NCBI GenBank assembly: GCA_965279525.1
Contig: CBDIIB010000005.1
Span: 1,024,001-1,088,000, forward strand
From: Tagaea sp.
GTDB taxonomy: Bacteria; Pseudomonadota; Alphaproteobacteria; CACIAM-22H2
DNA: 64,000 nucleotides
Reading direction: 5' to 3'
Position numbers and translations under genes: made by a program. Shown here one piece after another: positions 9,758 through 19,826 of the stretch (position 1 is its first letter; every line of letters starts with the position of its first letter). Below the pieces are notes generated by a model that saw only the letters and a program-made list of their open reading frames with translations, searched no databases and had not been told where the DNA came from.

Positions 9758-10777
9758 TCAGGCGAGCGCGCGGATCTTGTCGATCATCATCTTCGTCGCC
9801 GGGCTCTTGCTGCCGAACTCGGCGAACAGCGACTCCGTCGCTTTCGCCCAGGCGGGGATGTCGGACAGCGTATAGACCGTGATGCCGGACGCCTTCAGTT
9901 CGGCGAGCGTCGCGGCGGTGTTGGCGCGGTTCTGGCGGCGCTGCTCGGCGAACACCGTCTTTGCGGTGTCGCGGACCAGTGCCTGCAGGTCGGCCGGCAG
10001 CGAGTCGAGCCAGCGCGCGTTGACGCGCGTGGCCTTGGGCAGGAACCAGTGGTTCGTCAGCGTCATGTGCTTGGCCTGCTCGCCCCACTTGAAGCCCTTG
10101 ATCGAGAACACGTCGGCTTCGAGCGAGTCGATCAGGCCGGTCGACAGCGCGCTGTACTGTTCGGCATAGGCCAGCGGCGTCGGGTTGGCGCCGAGCGCCT
10201 TCCAGAAATCGACCCAGATCTTCAGTTCGGGAACGCGGATCTTCAGGCCCTTGAGGTCGGCGAGGGCCTTCACCGGGCGCTTGGAAAGCACGTGGCGGAA
10301 GCCGACCTCGCCATAGTCGACGAACTCGACGCCGGTCTTCTGGCGCGCGATGCGCGAGACTTCCTTGCCGATCTCGCCCTGCAGCACCTTGTCGACGTGG
10401 GCCTCGTCCTTGAAGATGAAGCCGGGTGCACCGCCTGTGGCCGCGATCTCAGGAGCGACCGCTTCCTCTGTATCCGGGCCGCCGGTCGTGACCTGGATCG
10501 TGCCCAGGCGGTTCTGCTCGATATTCTGGGTGTAGCTGCCGAGCTGGCTGGCCGGGAAGTGCTGCGCGTCGATGCGCCCGCCGCTCTTCTCGTTGAGGAT
10601 CTTGGTCCACGATTCGAACGCCATCGTCAGCGGCGAGCCGATCGCTTCGGAATGGCCCATCCGGCAGACGAATTTCTGCTGCGCGCGCACGACGGCCGGA
10701 GCCGCGATCGCCGAAAGCCCTGCCGCGGCGGTACCCGCCACGAGCAACGAACGGCGCGAAATTCCCTTGGTCAGCAT
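9758..10777 (-). CDS. TRAP transporter substrate-binding protein (DctP), Tat signal
   Basis: SRRSLL Tat motif; DLKGLKIRVP; LGANPTPLAYAEQYSALSTG. Confidence 0.92.
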   Translation of the reverse strand: MLTKGISRRSLLVAGTAAAGLSAIAAPAVVRAQQKFVCRMGHSEAIGSPLTMAFESWTKILNEKSGGRIDAQHFPASQLGSYTQNIEQNRLGTIQVTTGGPDTEEAVAPEIAATGGAPGFIFKDEAHVDKVLQGEIGKEVSRIARQKTGVEFVDYGEVGFRHVLSKRPVKALADLKGLKIRVPELKIWVDFWKALGANPTPLAYAEQYSALSTGLIDSLEADVFSIKGFKWGEQAKHMTLTNHWFLPKATRVNARWLDSLPADLQALVRDTAKTVFAEQRRQNRANTAATLAELKASGITVYTLSDIPAWAKATESLFAEFGSKSPATKMMIDKIRALA

Positions 10778-10843
10778 GCTCCCCCCTTGTGAATCCACGC
10801 GGGACGTTCCCGGCGGCTTTCTTGATTGGCGCACGATGAATGC

Positions 10844-11052
10844 GTAATCGATTGCGGTCAATATAAATATGTAGTAACAAAATTATGTTCTAAATCAAAC
10901 GATTAATGAAGACAACCGTTTGCACAAACAGGATGTTGCAAGCAGGCAACCCGCAAAGAATAATACCAAAATGCTGCGGAATCGAGCCTGTTGGCAGCTA
11001 GGCCTGCGAACAAGCTGGCTTGCCGCCTATGGCATTTTGTGCAAACGATTGC
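10844..11052. promoter_or_regulatory. AT-rich divergent promoter region with LacI-type operator-like palindromes
   Basis: GTAATCGATTGC (10844-10855), ACAACCGTTTGC (10912-10923) and GCAAACGATTGC (11041-11052) are CG-centred, as LacI-family operators typically are. Confidence 0.55.
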
Positions 11053-11072
11053 GCGAACGGATCGGGGAACGC

Positions 11073-12146
11073 ATGGCACGTCAGATGAAGATGAAGGACC
11101 TCGCGCTCGCACTCGACCTCTCCGTCGCGACCGTGTCCCGTGCCCTCGCCGGTTCGCCGCGCATCAGCCAGAAGACCCGCGCGCGCGTGCGCGCCGCGGC
11201 GGAACGGCATGGCTACGTCGTCGACCTCGCGGCACGCACCATGCGCAGCGGCACCAGTTCGATCGTCGGGCTGCTTCTTCCCGACATCGAAAACGACTTC
11301 TACTCGACTGCTGCCAAGGCGATCGCCGACTGCTGCCAGGAGCGCGGCGCCCAGCTCGTCCTCGCCGTCACCGACGACAACGCCGATCTCGAGCTGCACC
11401 ACCTGCGCAACCTGCGCTCGGCGCGCGCACTCGGCGTGATCATGATCCCGTCGATCTCGCCGGCACCCGAAACGCGGCGGCTGATGCGCACGACGCCGCA
11501 CATCCAGTTCGTCCGCAGCGATCCGAATGTCGAGTCCGACTGGTTCGGCATCGACGACGCGCAGGCGATGCGGCTCGCCGCCGAGCACCTGATCGGGCTC
11601 GGCCACCGGCGGATCGCCTATGTCGGCTCGACGCTGGAGATCTCCACCGGCCGCGCGCGGCTCAACGGCTTCCGGCGGACGCTGGAGGATGCCGGCATCG
11701 CGGTCGACGAAGCGCTCGTCCACGCGGGCAGCTGCGACGCCGAATTCGGTTATGCCGCGATGGACGCCATCCTGTCGTCGGGTGCACGGCCGACGGCCGT
11801 GGTGACGGCTGGTGCACGGATCTGCGTGGGTGCTTATGACTGCATCCGCCAGCGCGGCATCGACGTGCCCGGCGAGATGTCGTTCGTCGGCTTCAGCGAC
11901 GGGCCGATGCTGCGCTGGTGCGGCCAGGGAATCACGACCCTGTCGCTGCCGGTGCGCGAACTGGCGCTCGTCACGACCGACCACCTGTTCCGCAAGGTCG
12001 GCGACGCGCGGCGCAAGAGCGAGGCGCCGTGCAAGGTCATGCTGCTGTCCTCGCTCGTGGCGCGCAGTTCGACGGGCGCACCGCCGGCCGACGCGTCGCG
12101 CCAGCGGTCCCGGCCCGATCCGGCCCTGGTCCTCGCTTCCAAGTAG
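11073..12146 (+). CDS. LacI family transcriptional regulator
   Basis: MKDLALALDLSVATVSRAL HTH followed by a sugar-binding domain (HLIGLGHRRIAYV). Confidence 0.95.
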   Translation: MARQMKMKDLALALDLSVATVSRALAGSPRISQKTRARVRAAAERHGYVVDLAARTMRSGTSSIVGLLLPDIENDFYSTAAKAIADCCQERGAQLVLAVTDDNADLELHHLRNLRSARALGVIMIPSISPAPETRRLMRTTPHIQFVRSDPNVESDWFGIDDAQAMRLAAEHLIGLGHRRIAYVGSTLEISTGRARLNGFRRTLEDAGIAVDEALVHAGSCDAEFGYAAMDAILSSGARPTAVVTAGARICVGAYDCIRQRGIDVPGEMSFVGFSDGPMLRWCGQGITTLSLPVRELALVTTDHLFRKVGDARRKSEAPCKVMLLSSLVARSSTGAPPADASRQRSRPDPALVLASK

Positions 12147-12278
12147 GCGGGGCGTCGTCGTCCGCACGCGCGCGGAAGCGATTGCTTCGCGCGGGCAACG
12201 TTCTATTGTGTCGCGTCGATACGCCACAAAACGCCGGCCACGCGCCAACGGACCGGCAACATCCAGACGGAGGAAGCC

Positions 12279-14063
12279 TTGAAGCGCCCACTACGGTCCC
12301 GCCAGTGGTTCAACAATCCCGAGAACCCCGGCATGACCGCTCTCTATCTCGAGCGGTATCTCAATTTCGGAATGACGCTCGACGAGCTCAAGTCGGGCAA
12401 GCCGATCATCGGCATCGCGCAGACGGGTTCGGACCTGTCGCCGTGCAACCGTCACCATCTCGAGCTCGCCAAGCGCGTGCGCGAGGGCATCCTCGCGGCC
12501 GGCGGCGTGTGCTTCGAATTTCCGTGCCATCCGATCCAGGAAACCGGCAAGCGCCCGACCGCGAACCTCGACCGGAACCTCTCGTACCTGTCGCTGGTCG
12601 AAGTGCTGTTCGGTTACCCGATCGACGGCGTCGTGCTGACGACGGGCTGCGACAAGACCACGCCCGCCCTGCTGATGGCGGCGGCCACCGTCAACATCCC
12701 GGCGATCGGCCTCAACGTGGGGCCGATGCTGAACGGCTGGAACGGCAAGGAACGCGTGGGTTCCGGCATGGTCGTCTGGAAGGCGCGCGAGCGCCACGCC
12801 GCGGGCGACATCACCTACGAGCAGTTCATCGACATCGTCAGCTCGTCGGCCCCCTCGAACGGCCACTGCAACACGATGGGCACGGCATCGACGATGAACT
12901 CGCTTTCCGAAGCGCTCGGCATGTGCCTGCCCGGCTCGGCAGCGATCCCGGCTCCCTACCGCGAGCGCGGCCAGATCGCCTACGAGACCGGCCGGCGCAT
13001 CGTCGCGATGGTCGCCGAGGACCTGAAGCCGTCCGACATCATGACGCGCGAAGCCTTCGAGAACGTCATCGTCGCCAATACGGCGATCGGCGGCTCGACC
13101 AACGCGCCCGTGCATGTCAACGCGATCGCCAAGCACATGGGCGTGAAGCTCGACGTCGCGGACTGGGAGAAGCACGGCTTCGACATCCCGCTGCTCGTCA
13201 ACCTTCAGCCGGCGGGCGAGTATCTGGCCGAAGAATATTACCGCGCGGGCGGCCTGCCGGCGGTGATCGCCGAGCTTATGAAGCACGGCAAGATCCATGA
13301 GAAGGCGATGACGGTTTCCGGCAAATCGATCGGCGAGAACTGCAAGGGTGCGAAATCCGGCGACCCGGACGTGATCCGCAGCTGGGACAATCCGCTGCGC
13401 AAGAACGCGGGCTTCCTCAACCTGAAGGGCACGCTCTTCGACAGTGCCATCATGAAGACGAGCGTGATCTCGAAGGAATTCCAGGACCGCTATCTCTCGA
13501 ACCCGAAGGATCCCAACGCCTTCGAAGGCAAGGTCGCTGTGTTCGAGGGGCCGGAGGATTATCACCACCGTCTGGACGATCCGGCCCTCGGCATCGACGA
13601 GCACACGATCCTGATCATCCGCGGTGTCGGCCCCATCGGCTATCCCGGTGCGGCCGAAGTCGTGAACATGCAGCCGCCGGCAGCGCTTATCCGGCGCGGC
13701 GTGCTGTCGTTGCCGTGCATCGGCGACGGGCGGCAGTCGGGCACGTCCGGCACGCCCTCGATCCTCAACGCCTCGCCCGAAGCGGCAGCCGGCGGCGGCC
13801 TCGGGATCCTGCGCACCGGCGACCGCATCCGCATCGATCTCAACAAGCGCACGGCCGACATCCTGCTGCCGCCAGAAGAGATCAAGAAGCGGCATGCCGA
13901 GCTGGCGGCCAAGGGCGGCTTCCCCTACCCGGCCAGCCAGACGCCGTGGCAGGAGATCCAGCGCTCGATGGTCGACCAGCTGAGCGAGGGCATGACACTC
14001 AAGCCGGCGGTCAAGTACCAGAAGATCGCCCAGACCTCCGGCACGCCGCGCGATAACCACTGA
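12279..14063 (+). CDS. IlvD/Edd family sugar-acid dehydratase (xylonate/galactonate dehydratase-like)
   Basis: [43 protein letters not shown] motifs. Confidence 0.92.
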   Translation: MKRPLRSRQWFNNPENPGMTALYLERYLNFGMTLDELKSGKPIIGIAQTGSDLSPCNRHHLELAKRVREGILAAGGVCFEFPCHPIQETGKRPTANLDRNLSYLSLVEVLFGYPIDGVVLTTGCDKTTPALLMAAATVNIPAIGLNVGPMLNGWNGKERVGSGMVVWKARERHAAGDITYEQFIDIVSSSAPSNGHCNTMGTASTMNSLSEALGMCLPGSAAIPAPYRERGQIAYETGRRIVAMVAEDLKPSDIMTREAFENVIVANTAIGGSTNAPVHVNAIAKHMGVKLDVADWEKHGFDIPLLVNLQPAGEYLAEEYYRAGGLPAVIAELMKHGKIHEKAMTVSGKSIGENCKGAKSGDPDVIRSWDNPLRKNAGFLNLKGTLFDSAIMKTSVISKEFQDRYLSNPKDPNAFEGKVAVFEGPEDYHHRLDDPALGIDEHTILIIRGVGPIGYPGAAEVVNMQPPAALIRRGVLSLPCIGDGRQSGTSGTPSILNASPEAAAGGGLGILRTGDRIRIDLNKRTADILLPPEEIKKRHAELAAKGGFPYPASQTPWQEIQRSMVDQLSEGMTLKPAVKYQKIAQTSGTPRDNH

Positions 14064-14118
14064 TACTGGCACGCCCCTTGCGTCGTTCTCCCGATCTTCA
14101 CAGACCGGGAGAACGACG

Positions 14119-15165
14119 ATGGCCACGATTTACAAGTTCGAGCGCCGGACGTTCCTGAAATCCGCAGCGGTCGGTGCCGCTTTTTCGGGCCTTGCCGCCC
14201 CCCATGTGTTCGCACAAAGCGCACAGGTGCCGGTGCGCTTCACGCTGAACCTGCCGCGCAACGGCACCAATTCGCCCTTCATCCACGCGATGGAAAAGGG
14301 CTACTACGCGCAGGAAGGCATCCGCATCGTTTCGATGGATCCGGCCGCCGGTGCCGACGCCATGCAGCGCGTGGCGACCGACACCTACGACCTGGGTTTC
14401 GGCGATCTTCCGGCCCTTGCCGAGTGGCACCTCAAGAATCCCGATTCGACGCCGCTGGCGGTCTTCAACGTCTACCGTTCGACCCCGGCCGCGATCGTCT
14501 CGTGGAAGAGCTCGAAAATCGAAAAGCCGGCCGACCTCGTCGGCCGCACGGTCGGCGGCCCGCTCACCGACAACGCGTTCCGCCTGTTCCCGGTGTTCTT
14601 CCGCGCCAACGGGCTCGATCCGGCCGGCGTCAAGTTCAACAACGTGGACCTGCGCCTGCGCGAGGCGGTGTTCATGCGCAAGGAAGTCGACGCGGTCACC
14701 GGCTTCGACTCGACCGTATGGCTCAACCTGCGCGGCCTCGGCGTGAAGTTCGAGGACATCTCGATCATGCTCTATTCGAAGCACGGGCTCGATCTCTACT
14801 CGAACACCGTGATCGTCAGCCGCAAGTTCCTGCGCGAGAACGAGGCGTCGATCCCCGGCTTCCTGCGCGCGACGATGAAGGGCTGGCGCGATGCCGCCGC
14901 CGATCCGGTCGCTGTCACCGAATCGCTGTTCAAGGCCGACGGGCTCATCAACAAGGACATCGAACGCGACCGGCTCAAATGGATCCTCGAGAACCAGGTC
15001 ATGGGGCCGGAGACCGCGAAACTCGGTCTCGGCCAGATCGAGATCCCCCGGCTGCAGAAGTCGATCGAGCTGCTGGCCAAGGGCATGCAGCTGCCTGCCG
15101 TCGTCGCCTCCGACAAGGTCTGGAGCGACAAATACCTGCCGCCACTCGAACAGCGGAAGATCTAG
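14119..15165 (+). CDS. NMT1/THI5-like ABC substrate-binding protein, Tat signal
   Basis: RRTFLK Tat motif; AMEKGYYAQEGI; PADLVGRTVG. Confidence 0.8.
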   Translation: MATIYKFERRTFLKSAAVGAAFSGLAAPHVFAQSAQVPVRFTLNLPRNGTNSPFIHAMEKGYYAQEGIRIVSMDPAAGADAMQRVATDTYDLGFGDLPALAEWHLKNPDSTPLAVFNVYRSTPAAIVSWKSSKIEKPADLVGRTVGGPLTDNAFRLFPVFFRANGLDPAGVKFNNVDLRLREAVFMRKEVDAVTGFDSTVWLNLRGLGVKFEDISIMLYSKHGLDLYSNTVIVSRKFLRENEASIPGFLRATMKGWRDAAADPVAVTESLFKADGLINKDIERDRLKWILENQVMGPETAKLGLGQIEIPRLQKSIELLAKGMQLPAVVASDKVWSDKYLPPLEQRKI

Positions 15166-15704
15166 ACCGGCACCAGTGCCCGGAAGGGGCCGTCGGGAGC
15201 CAGCGCCCGGATCGCGTCGCCTGCGTGCACCTCGCCGCCTTCGCGCACGACCGCCATGATGCCGGCCTTGCGTATCAATGCACCGTGCGCATCGCGGTCG
15301 AGGACGGCCTGCATCAGCCCGGGGCGGAAATCGTCGAGCTGCCGGCAAGGATTGCGCAGGCCGGTCACTTCGAGGCGCACCGCCGGGCCGATCTCCAGCA
15401 CCGTGCCGATGCCAAGGCCAAGCAGGTCGAGCCCGCGCGTCGTCACGTTCTCGCCGATGTCGCCCGGGGCGATCTCGAAGCCGCGACCCCTGAGCTCGTC
15501 GAACAGTTCGGCGTGGATCAGGTGGACCTGACGCAGGTTGGGGACTGTCGGGTCGCGTGCCACGCGGCTGCGGTGCTTGACCGTGACGCCGCGATGCGCG
15601 TCCCCGGCTACACCCTCCCCGGCGACGAGACGGATCGACGCGCGGATATCTTTGGAAAACAGATGCCCGGCGCGCGCGGCCACGGCGACGACGTGTCCAT
15701 TCAT
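15162..15704 (-). CDS. MOSC domain protein
   Basis: GVAGDAH, RQVHLI, PGDIGENVTT, RNPC, RKAGI motifs. Confidence 0.9.
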   Translation of the reverse strand: MNGHVVAVAARAGHLFSKDIRASIRLVAGEGVAGDAHRGVTVKHRSRVARDPTVPNLRQVHLIHAELFDELRGRGFEIAPGDIGENVTTRGLDLLGLGIGTVLEIGPAVRLEVTGLRNPCRQLDDFRPGLMQAVLDRDAHGALIRKAGIMAVVREGGEVHAGDAIRALAPDGPFRALVPV

Positions 15705-15799
15705 CGGGACATGATAGCCGCAAAGTTGGCGGAATCGGCGATCTCCGATAGACTTGCCGGAACAAGGCCGGAATCGGGCCGATCCAGGGGAGTCACGCC

Positions 15800-17431
15800 G
15801 TGAAAGTCGCCGAGCCGTCGATCTCGCCGTTGAAACTCGTCTTTCTCGCTTTCACGCCGCGATACATCATCTACACGCTGAGCCTGATCGCGACGGTGGT
15901 GTTCGCGCTGGCGAGCCTGCGCGACACGTGGTTCCTGCTGCCCTTCGCGATCGCGGCCGTCCTTGCGGTCATCGGGACGCGGGACATAACCCAGACCCAG
16001 CGCAGCCTGCTGCGCAACTATCCCATCGCCGCCCATATCCGGTTCCTCCTCGAGGAGATCCGGCCGGAGATCCGGCAGTACTTCCTCGAGAGCGACCTCG
16101 ACGGCATGCCGTTCAACCGCAACAAGCGGTCGATCGTCTACCAGCGCGCCAAGTCCGATCTCGACAAGCGCCCGTTCGGCACGATGAGCGATGTCTACGC
16201 GTCCGGCTTCGAGTGGATGAACCATTCGCTGGCACCCAAGCACCATTCGGGCGAGCCGTTCCGCATCCAGATCGGCGGGCCGGACTGCAGCCAGCCCTAT
16301 TCGGCCTCGGTCTTCAACATCTCGGCGATGAGCTTCGGCTCGCTTTCGGCGAATGCGATCCGCGCCCTCAACCGGGGTGCGGCCATGGGCGGATTCGCGC
16401 ACGATACCGGCGAAGGCGGCTTCAGCCAGTATCATCAGGAATTCGGCGGCGACATCGTCTGGGAAATCGGCAGCGGCTATTTCGGCTGCCGCAACCCGGA
16501 CGGCAGCTTTTCGCCGGAACGCTTCGCCGACCAGGCGAAAGCGCCGCAGGTCAAGATGATCGAGATCAAGCTTAGCCAGGGGGCCAAGCCCGGCCATGGC
16601 GGCGTGCTGCCGGGAGCGAAGGTCTCGGCCGAGATCGCCGCGGCGCGCGGCGTACCGCAGGGCGTGGACTGCATCTCGCCGGCGAGCCATCCGGCGTTCT
16701 CCACGCCGCTGGGCCTCGTCGGCTTCATCAAGCAGCTGCGCGAGCTTTCCGGCGGCAAACCCGTCGGCTTCAAGATGTGCATCGGCCATCCGACCGAGTT
16801 CCTCGGCATCTGCAAGGCGATGCTGCAGACGGGCATCTATCCCGACTTCATCGTCGTCGACGGTTCGGAAGGCGGCACGGGCGCCGCCCCGCTCGAGTTC
16901 CTCGACCATATCGGCACGCCGCTGCGCGACGGGCTGGTGTTCGTGCACAACGCACTGGTCGGGCTGGGTATCCGCGAACGCATCAAGATCGGTGCGGGCG
17001 GCAAGATCACGTCGGCCTTCGACATGGCGCGCGTGATGGCGCTGGGTGCCGACTGGTGCAACGCGGCGCGCGGCTTCATGTTCGCCGTCGGCTGCATCCA
17101 GTCGCTGAGCTGCCACACCGATACGTGCCCGACCGGCGTAGCCACGCAGGACAAGTCGCGCCAGCGCGCCCTCGTCGTGCCCGACAAGGCCCAGCGCGTG
17201 GCGCAGTTCCACAAGTCGACCGTGACGGCACTTGCCGAGGTGATCGCGGCGGCGGGACTTTCCCATCCCAGCGAGCTCAGGCCCCACCACATCTCGCGCC
17301 GCCTCGGGCCCGAGCAGTGCGCCACGTTCGCCGAGGTCTACCGATTCGTGAAGCCGGGCGAGATTCTCGACGGCACCGACCATCCGGCCTTCGCGAAGAG
17401 CTGGCCGGCCGCGCGCGCGGAAGCGTTCTGA
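15800..17431 (+). CDS. FMN-binding glutamate synthase family protein (membrane-anchored)
   Basis: SAMSFGSLS, HDTGEGG, EIKLSQGAKPGHGG, DGSEGGTGAAP, GCIQSLSCHTDTCPTGV motifs. Confidence 0.93.
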   Translation: MKVAEPSISPLKLVFLAFTPRYIIYTLSLIATVVFALASLRDTWFLLPFAIAAVLAVIGTRDITQTQRSLLRNYPIAAHIRFLLEEIRPEIRQYFLESDLDGMPFNRNKRSIVYQRAKSDLDKRPFGTMSDVYASGFEWMNHSLAPKHHSGEPFRIQIGGPDCSQPYSASVFNISAMSFGSLSANAIRALNRGAAMGGFAHDTGEGGFSQYHQEFGGDIVWEIGSGYFGCRNPDGSFSPERFADQAKAPQVKMIEIKLSQGAKPGHGGVLPGAKVSAEIAAARGVPQGVDCISPASHPAFSTPLGLVGFIKQLRELSGGKPVGFKMCIGHPTEFLGICKAMLQTGIYPDFIVVDGSEGGTGAAPLEFLDHIGTPLRDGLVFVHNALVGLGIRERIKIGAGGKITSAFDMARVMALGADWCNAARGFMFAVGCIQSLSCHTDTCPTGVATQDKSRQRALVVPDKAQRVAQFHKSTVTALAEVIAAAGLSHPSELRPHHISRRLGPEQCATFAEVYRFVKPGEILDGTDHPAFAKSWPAARAEAF

Positions 17432-17435
17432 AGCG

Positions 17436-18323
17436 CTACTGGTTGAGGACGATCTCGCCGAGCCGCGAAAGATCGTAGCCGCCGAGCCGGTCGGCATGGC
17501 GCCGGCACTCGGGCCCGCGCGCGAAGGCGAGCAGGCGCTGCACGGGCGGTTCGAAGAAATCGCGCCGGCGCATGGCAAGATCGAAGCGCTCGCGGAACAG
17601 CGGCACGAAATCGATGCCGAGCTGGCCGGCCGACGCGGCGACGCCGAAGCCGGCATCGGCGCGCCCTTCGCGCACGGCAGCGGCGATCTCGGTCTCGTTG
17701 AGCGCCGGCACGTCCGGCGCATCGAGCGTGTCGAGACGGATCCCCGCCTCGGCGAGCAGATGCAAGAACAGCACGTGGCTGCCCGCCTGCGGTTGGCGCA
17801 GCACGATCCGCGCCTTGCGCCGCTTGAGGTCGGCAAGCTTGCGCAGGCGCCTGGGGTTTCCCTTGGCAACGAGCAGCCCCTGCTGGCGCCACGCCCAGCC
17901 GATCGCCACGATGTCCTGACCGGGCATCGCGGCGGCAAGCGCCGGCGCGTTGAAGTCGCCGCTGTCGGGATCGACGATGTGGAGGGCCGCGACCATCGCG
18001 CCACCGTCGCGAAGCGCGTCGATCCCGTCGAGCGAGCCGTGCGCCATCGTGGCAAGGCCCGAACGCGACCGGCGCAGCGCCCATTCGAGCAGCGGATCGT
18101 GGCTGCCGGCCAGGATCGGCGGTGCGGGCGCCGCGGTCACGCCCGAATCGCCGAACTCGGTATGCTTGAGGATCCATGCATCGATGAGGGCGCGCGGGAA
18201 CAGCCACTTCCCGCCGATCCGCGCGCACGGGATGCGCCGCGTGCGCACGAGTTCGTAGATCGTGCGCTCCTTGAGCCGCAGATAGGCGGCGACTTCTGCG
18301 GTGGTGAGGATCGCTTCCGGCAT
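17436..18323 (-). CDS. Excisionase-type HTH plus PBP (molybdate/tungstate-sensing type) transcriptional regulator
   Basis: LTTAEVAAYLRLKERTIYELV..IP...IGGKWLF HTH; GSHDPLL, GSLDG and RQPQAGS in the PBP-like domain; divergent from the tup genes. Confidence 0.85.
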   Translation of the reverse strand: MPEAILTTAEVAAYLRLKERTIYELVRTRRIPCARIGGKWLFPRALIDAWILKHTEFGDSGVTAAPAPPILAGSHDPLLEWALRRSRSGLATMAHGSLDGIDALRDGGAMVAALHIVDPDSGDFNAPALAAAMPGQDIVAIGWAWRQQGLLVAKGNPRRLRKLADLKRRKARIVLRQPQAGSHVLFLHLLAEAGIRLDTLDAPDVPALNETEIAAAVREGRADAGFGVAASAGQLGIDFVPLFRERFDLAMRRRDFFEPPVQRLLAFARGPECRRHADRLGGYDLSRLGEIVLNQ

Positions 18324-18420
18324 TGCCGGCACCGACTATGCATTTTCCTGCGGAAACCTGCAAATGGACCCGGGCGGGGCGATTGACGGCGCCGGGGGGC
18401 TGCCCGACCATCCCGCCGCC

Positions 18421-19125
18421 ATGCAGACCTTTTCCGACGCTCTCGCGACCGCTGCCGGCATGCTGGCGGCCGGCGACCTGCGGCTGTTCGCCATCGTCCT
18501 GCTGTCGCTCGAAGTGAGCCTCGCCGCCACGCTGATCGCGGCGGCCATTGGCCTGCCGCTGGGCGCGCTGGTGGCGCTGGCGCGCTTTCCCGGCCGGCGC
18601 GCCGCGATCGTGGCGCTCAATGCGATGATGGGCCTGCCGCCGGTCGTCGTGGGCCTTGTCGTCTACCTGCTGCTGTCGCGCGCCGGGCCGCTGGGCGCGC
18701 TCGGCCTGCTGTTCACGCCCGGCGCCATGGTGTTCGCGCAGACGATCCTGATCGTGCCGATCCTCGCGGCCCTCACCCGCCAGGTCGTCGAGGACGCATG
18801 GGCCGAGCATGGCGAACAGCTGCGCTCGCTCGACGCGAGCCTCGCGCAATCGGCCGCCACGCTGCTGTGGGATTCGCGCTTCGCGCTTTTCACGGTCGTG
18901 CTCGCCGGATTCGGACGCGCCAGTGCCGAGGTGGGTGCCGTGATGATCGTCGGCGGCAACATTGATGGTGTGACGCGCACGATGACGACGGCGATCGCAC
19001 TCGAAACCAGCAAGGGCGACCTGCCGCTCGCCCTCGGACTCGGCATCGTCCTGATCGCCACGGTCCTGGCCGTCAACGCGGCGGCCGGCTGGATCCGCGA
19101 AACGGCCGCACGGCGGTACGGCTGA
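18421..19125 (+). CDS. tupB: Tungstate ABC transporter permease
   Basis: MGLPPVVVGL, GFGRASAEVGAVMIVGGNI, TTAIALETSKG motifs. Confidence 0.9.
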   Translation: MQTFSDALATAAGMLAAGDLRLFAIVLLSLEVSLAATLIAAAIGLPLGALVALARFPGRRAAIVALNAMMGLPPVVVGLVVYLLLSRAGPLGALGLLFTPGAMVFAQTILIVPILAALTRQVVEDAWAEHGEQLRSLDASLAQSAATLLWDSRFALFTVVLAGFGRASAEVGAVMIVGGNIDGVTRTMTTAIALETSKGDLPLALGLGIVLIATVLAVNAAAGWIRETAARRYG

Positions 19126-19826
19126 TGGCGATCCTCCCCCTCACGCTCGACAGGGTGACGCTTGCGATCGGCGGCACGAAAATCGTTTCCGATTTCAGCC
19201 TGCGCCTTGAAGCGGGCATCCGCACCGTGATCGTCGGACCGAACGGGGCGGGCAAGAGCATGCTGCTGCGCCTGTGCCACGGGCTGGTGTCGCCCACGGG
19301 CGGCACGCTTGCATGGGCCGGCGACCCGGCAGGAAAGCAGGCGATGGTCTTCCAGCGCCCGTCGATGCTGCGCCGCTCGGTACTGGCCAACGTCGCCTAC
19401 GGGCTGAAGCTTCGCGGCGTGGGCCGTGCCGAGCGCGAGGCGAAAGCACGCGAGATGCTCGCGCGCGTGGGACTTGCACATCTGTCGGATCGGCCCGCGC
19501 GCGTGTTGTCGGGCGGCGAGCAGCAGCGCGTGGCGCTGGCGCGCGCCTGGACGCTCGCGCCCAAGATCCTGTTCCTCGACGAGCCGACCGCAAGCCTCGA
19601 TCCCGGCGCCTCCCTTGCGGTCGAGGAGATCGTGCTCGCGATGGCGGCCGAAGGCACCAAGATCGTGATGACCACCCACAATCTCGGCCAGGCACGCCGC
19701 ATCGGCGACGAGATCGTGTTCGTCCACAACGGCCGCATCGCCGAACGCGCTGCGGTCGACGCCTTTTTCCGCACGCCGGTCACGCATGAGGCCGCCGCTT
19801 TCCTCAAAGGAGAACTGCCATGGTGA
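19125..19826 (+). CDS. tupC: Tungstate ABC transporter ATPase
   Basis: GPNGAGKS, LSGGEQQR, LFLDEPTASLDP; coupled to tupB. Confidence 0.88.
   Translation: MAILPLTLDRVTLAIGGTKIVSDFSLRLEAGIRTVIVGPNGAGKSMLLRLCHGLVSPTGGTLAWAGDPAGKQAMVFQRPSMLRRSVLANVAYGLKLRGVGRAEREAKAREMLARVGLAHLSDRPARVLSGGEQQRVALARAWTLAPKILFLDEPTASLDPGASLAVEEIVLAMAAEGTKIVMTTHNLGQARRIGDEIVFVHNGRIAERAAVDAFFRTPVTHEAAAFLKGELPW

Noticed and set aside
5934-10088. 1384-aa minus-strand ORF
   Set aside because: Only the last 313 aa (dehydrogenase) are a real gene. The rest is an off-frame read through the TRAP genes in GC-rich DNA.
17436-18323. Excisionase as a sign of a prophage or ICE
   Set aside because: The HTH is fused to a PBP domain and there are no integrase or phage genes; it is a regulator.
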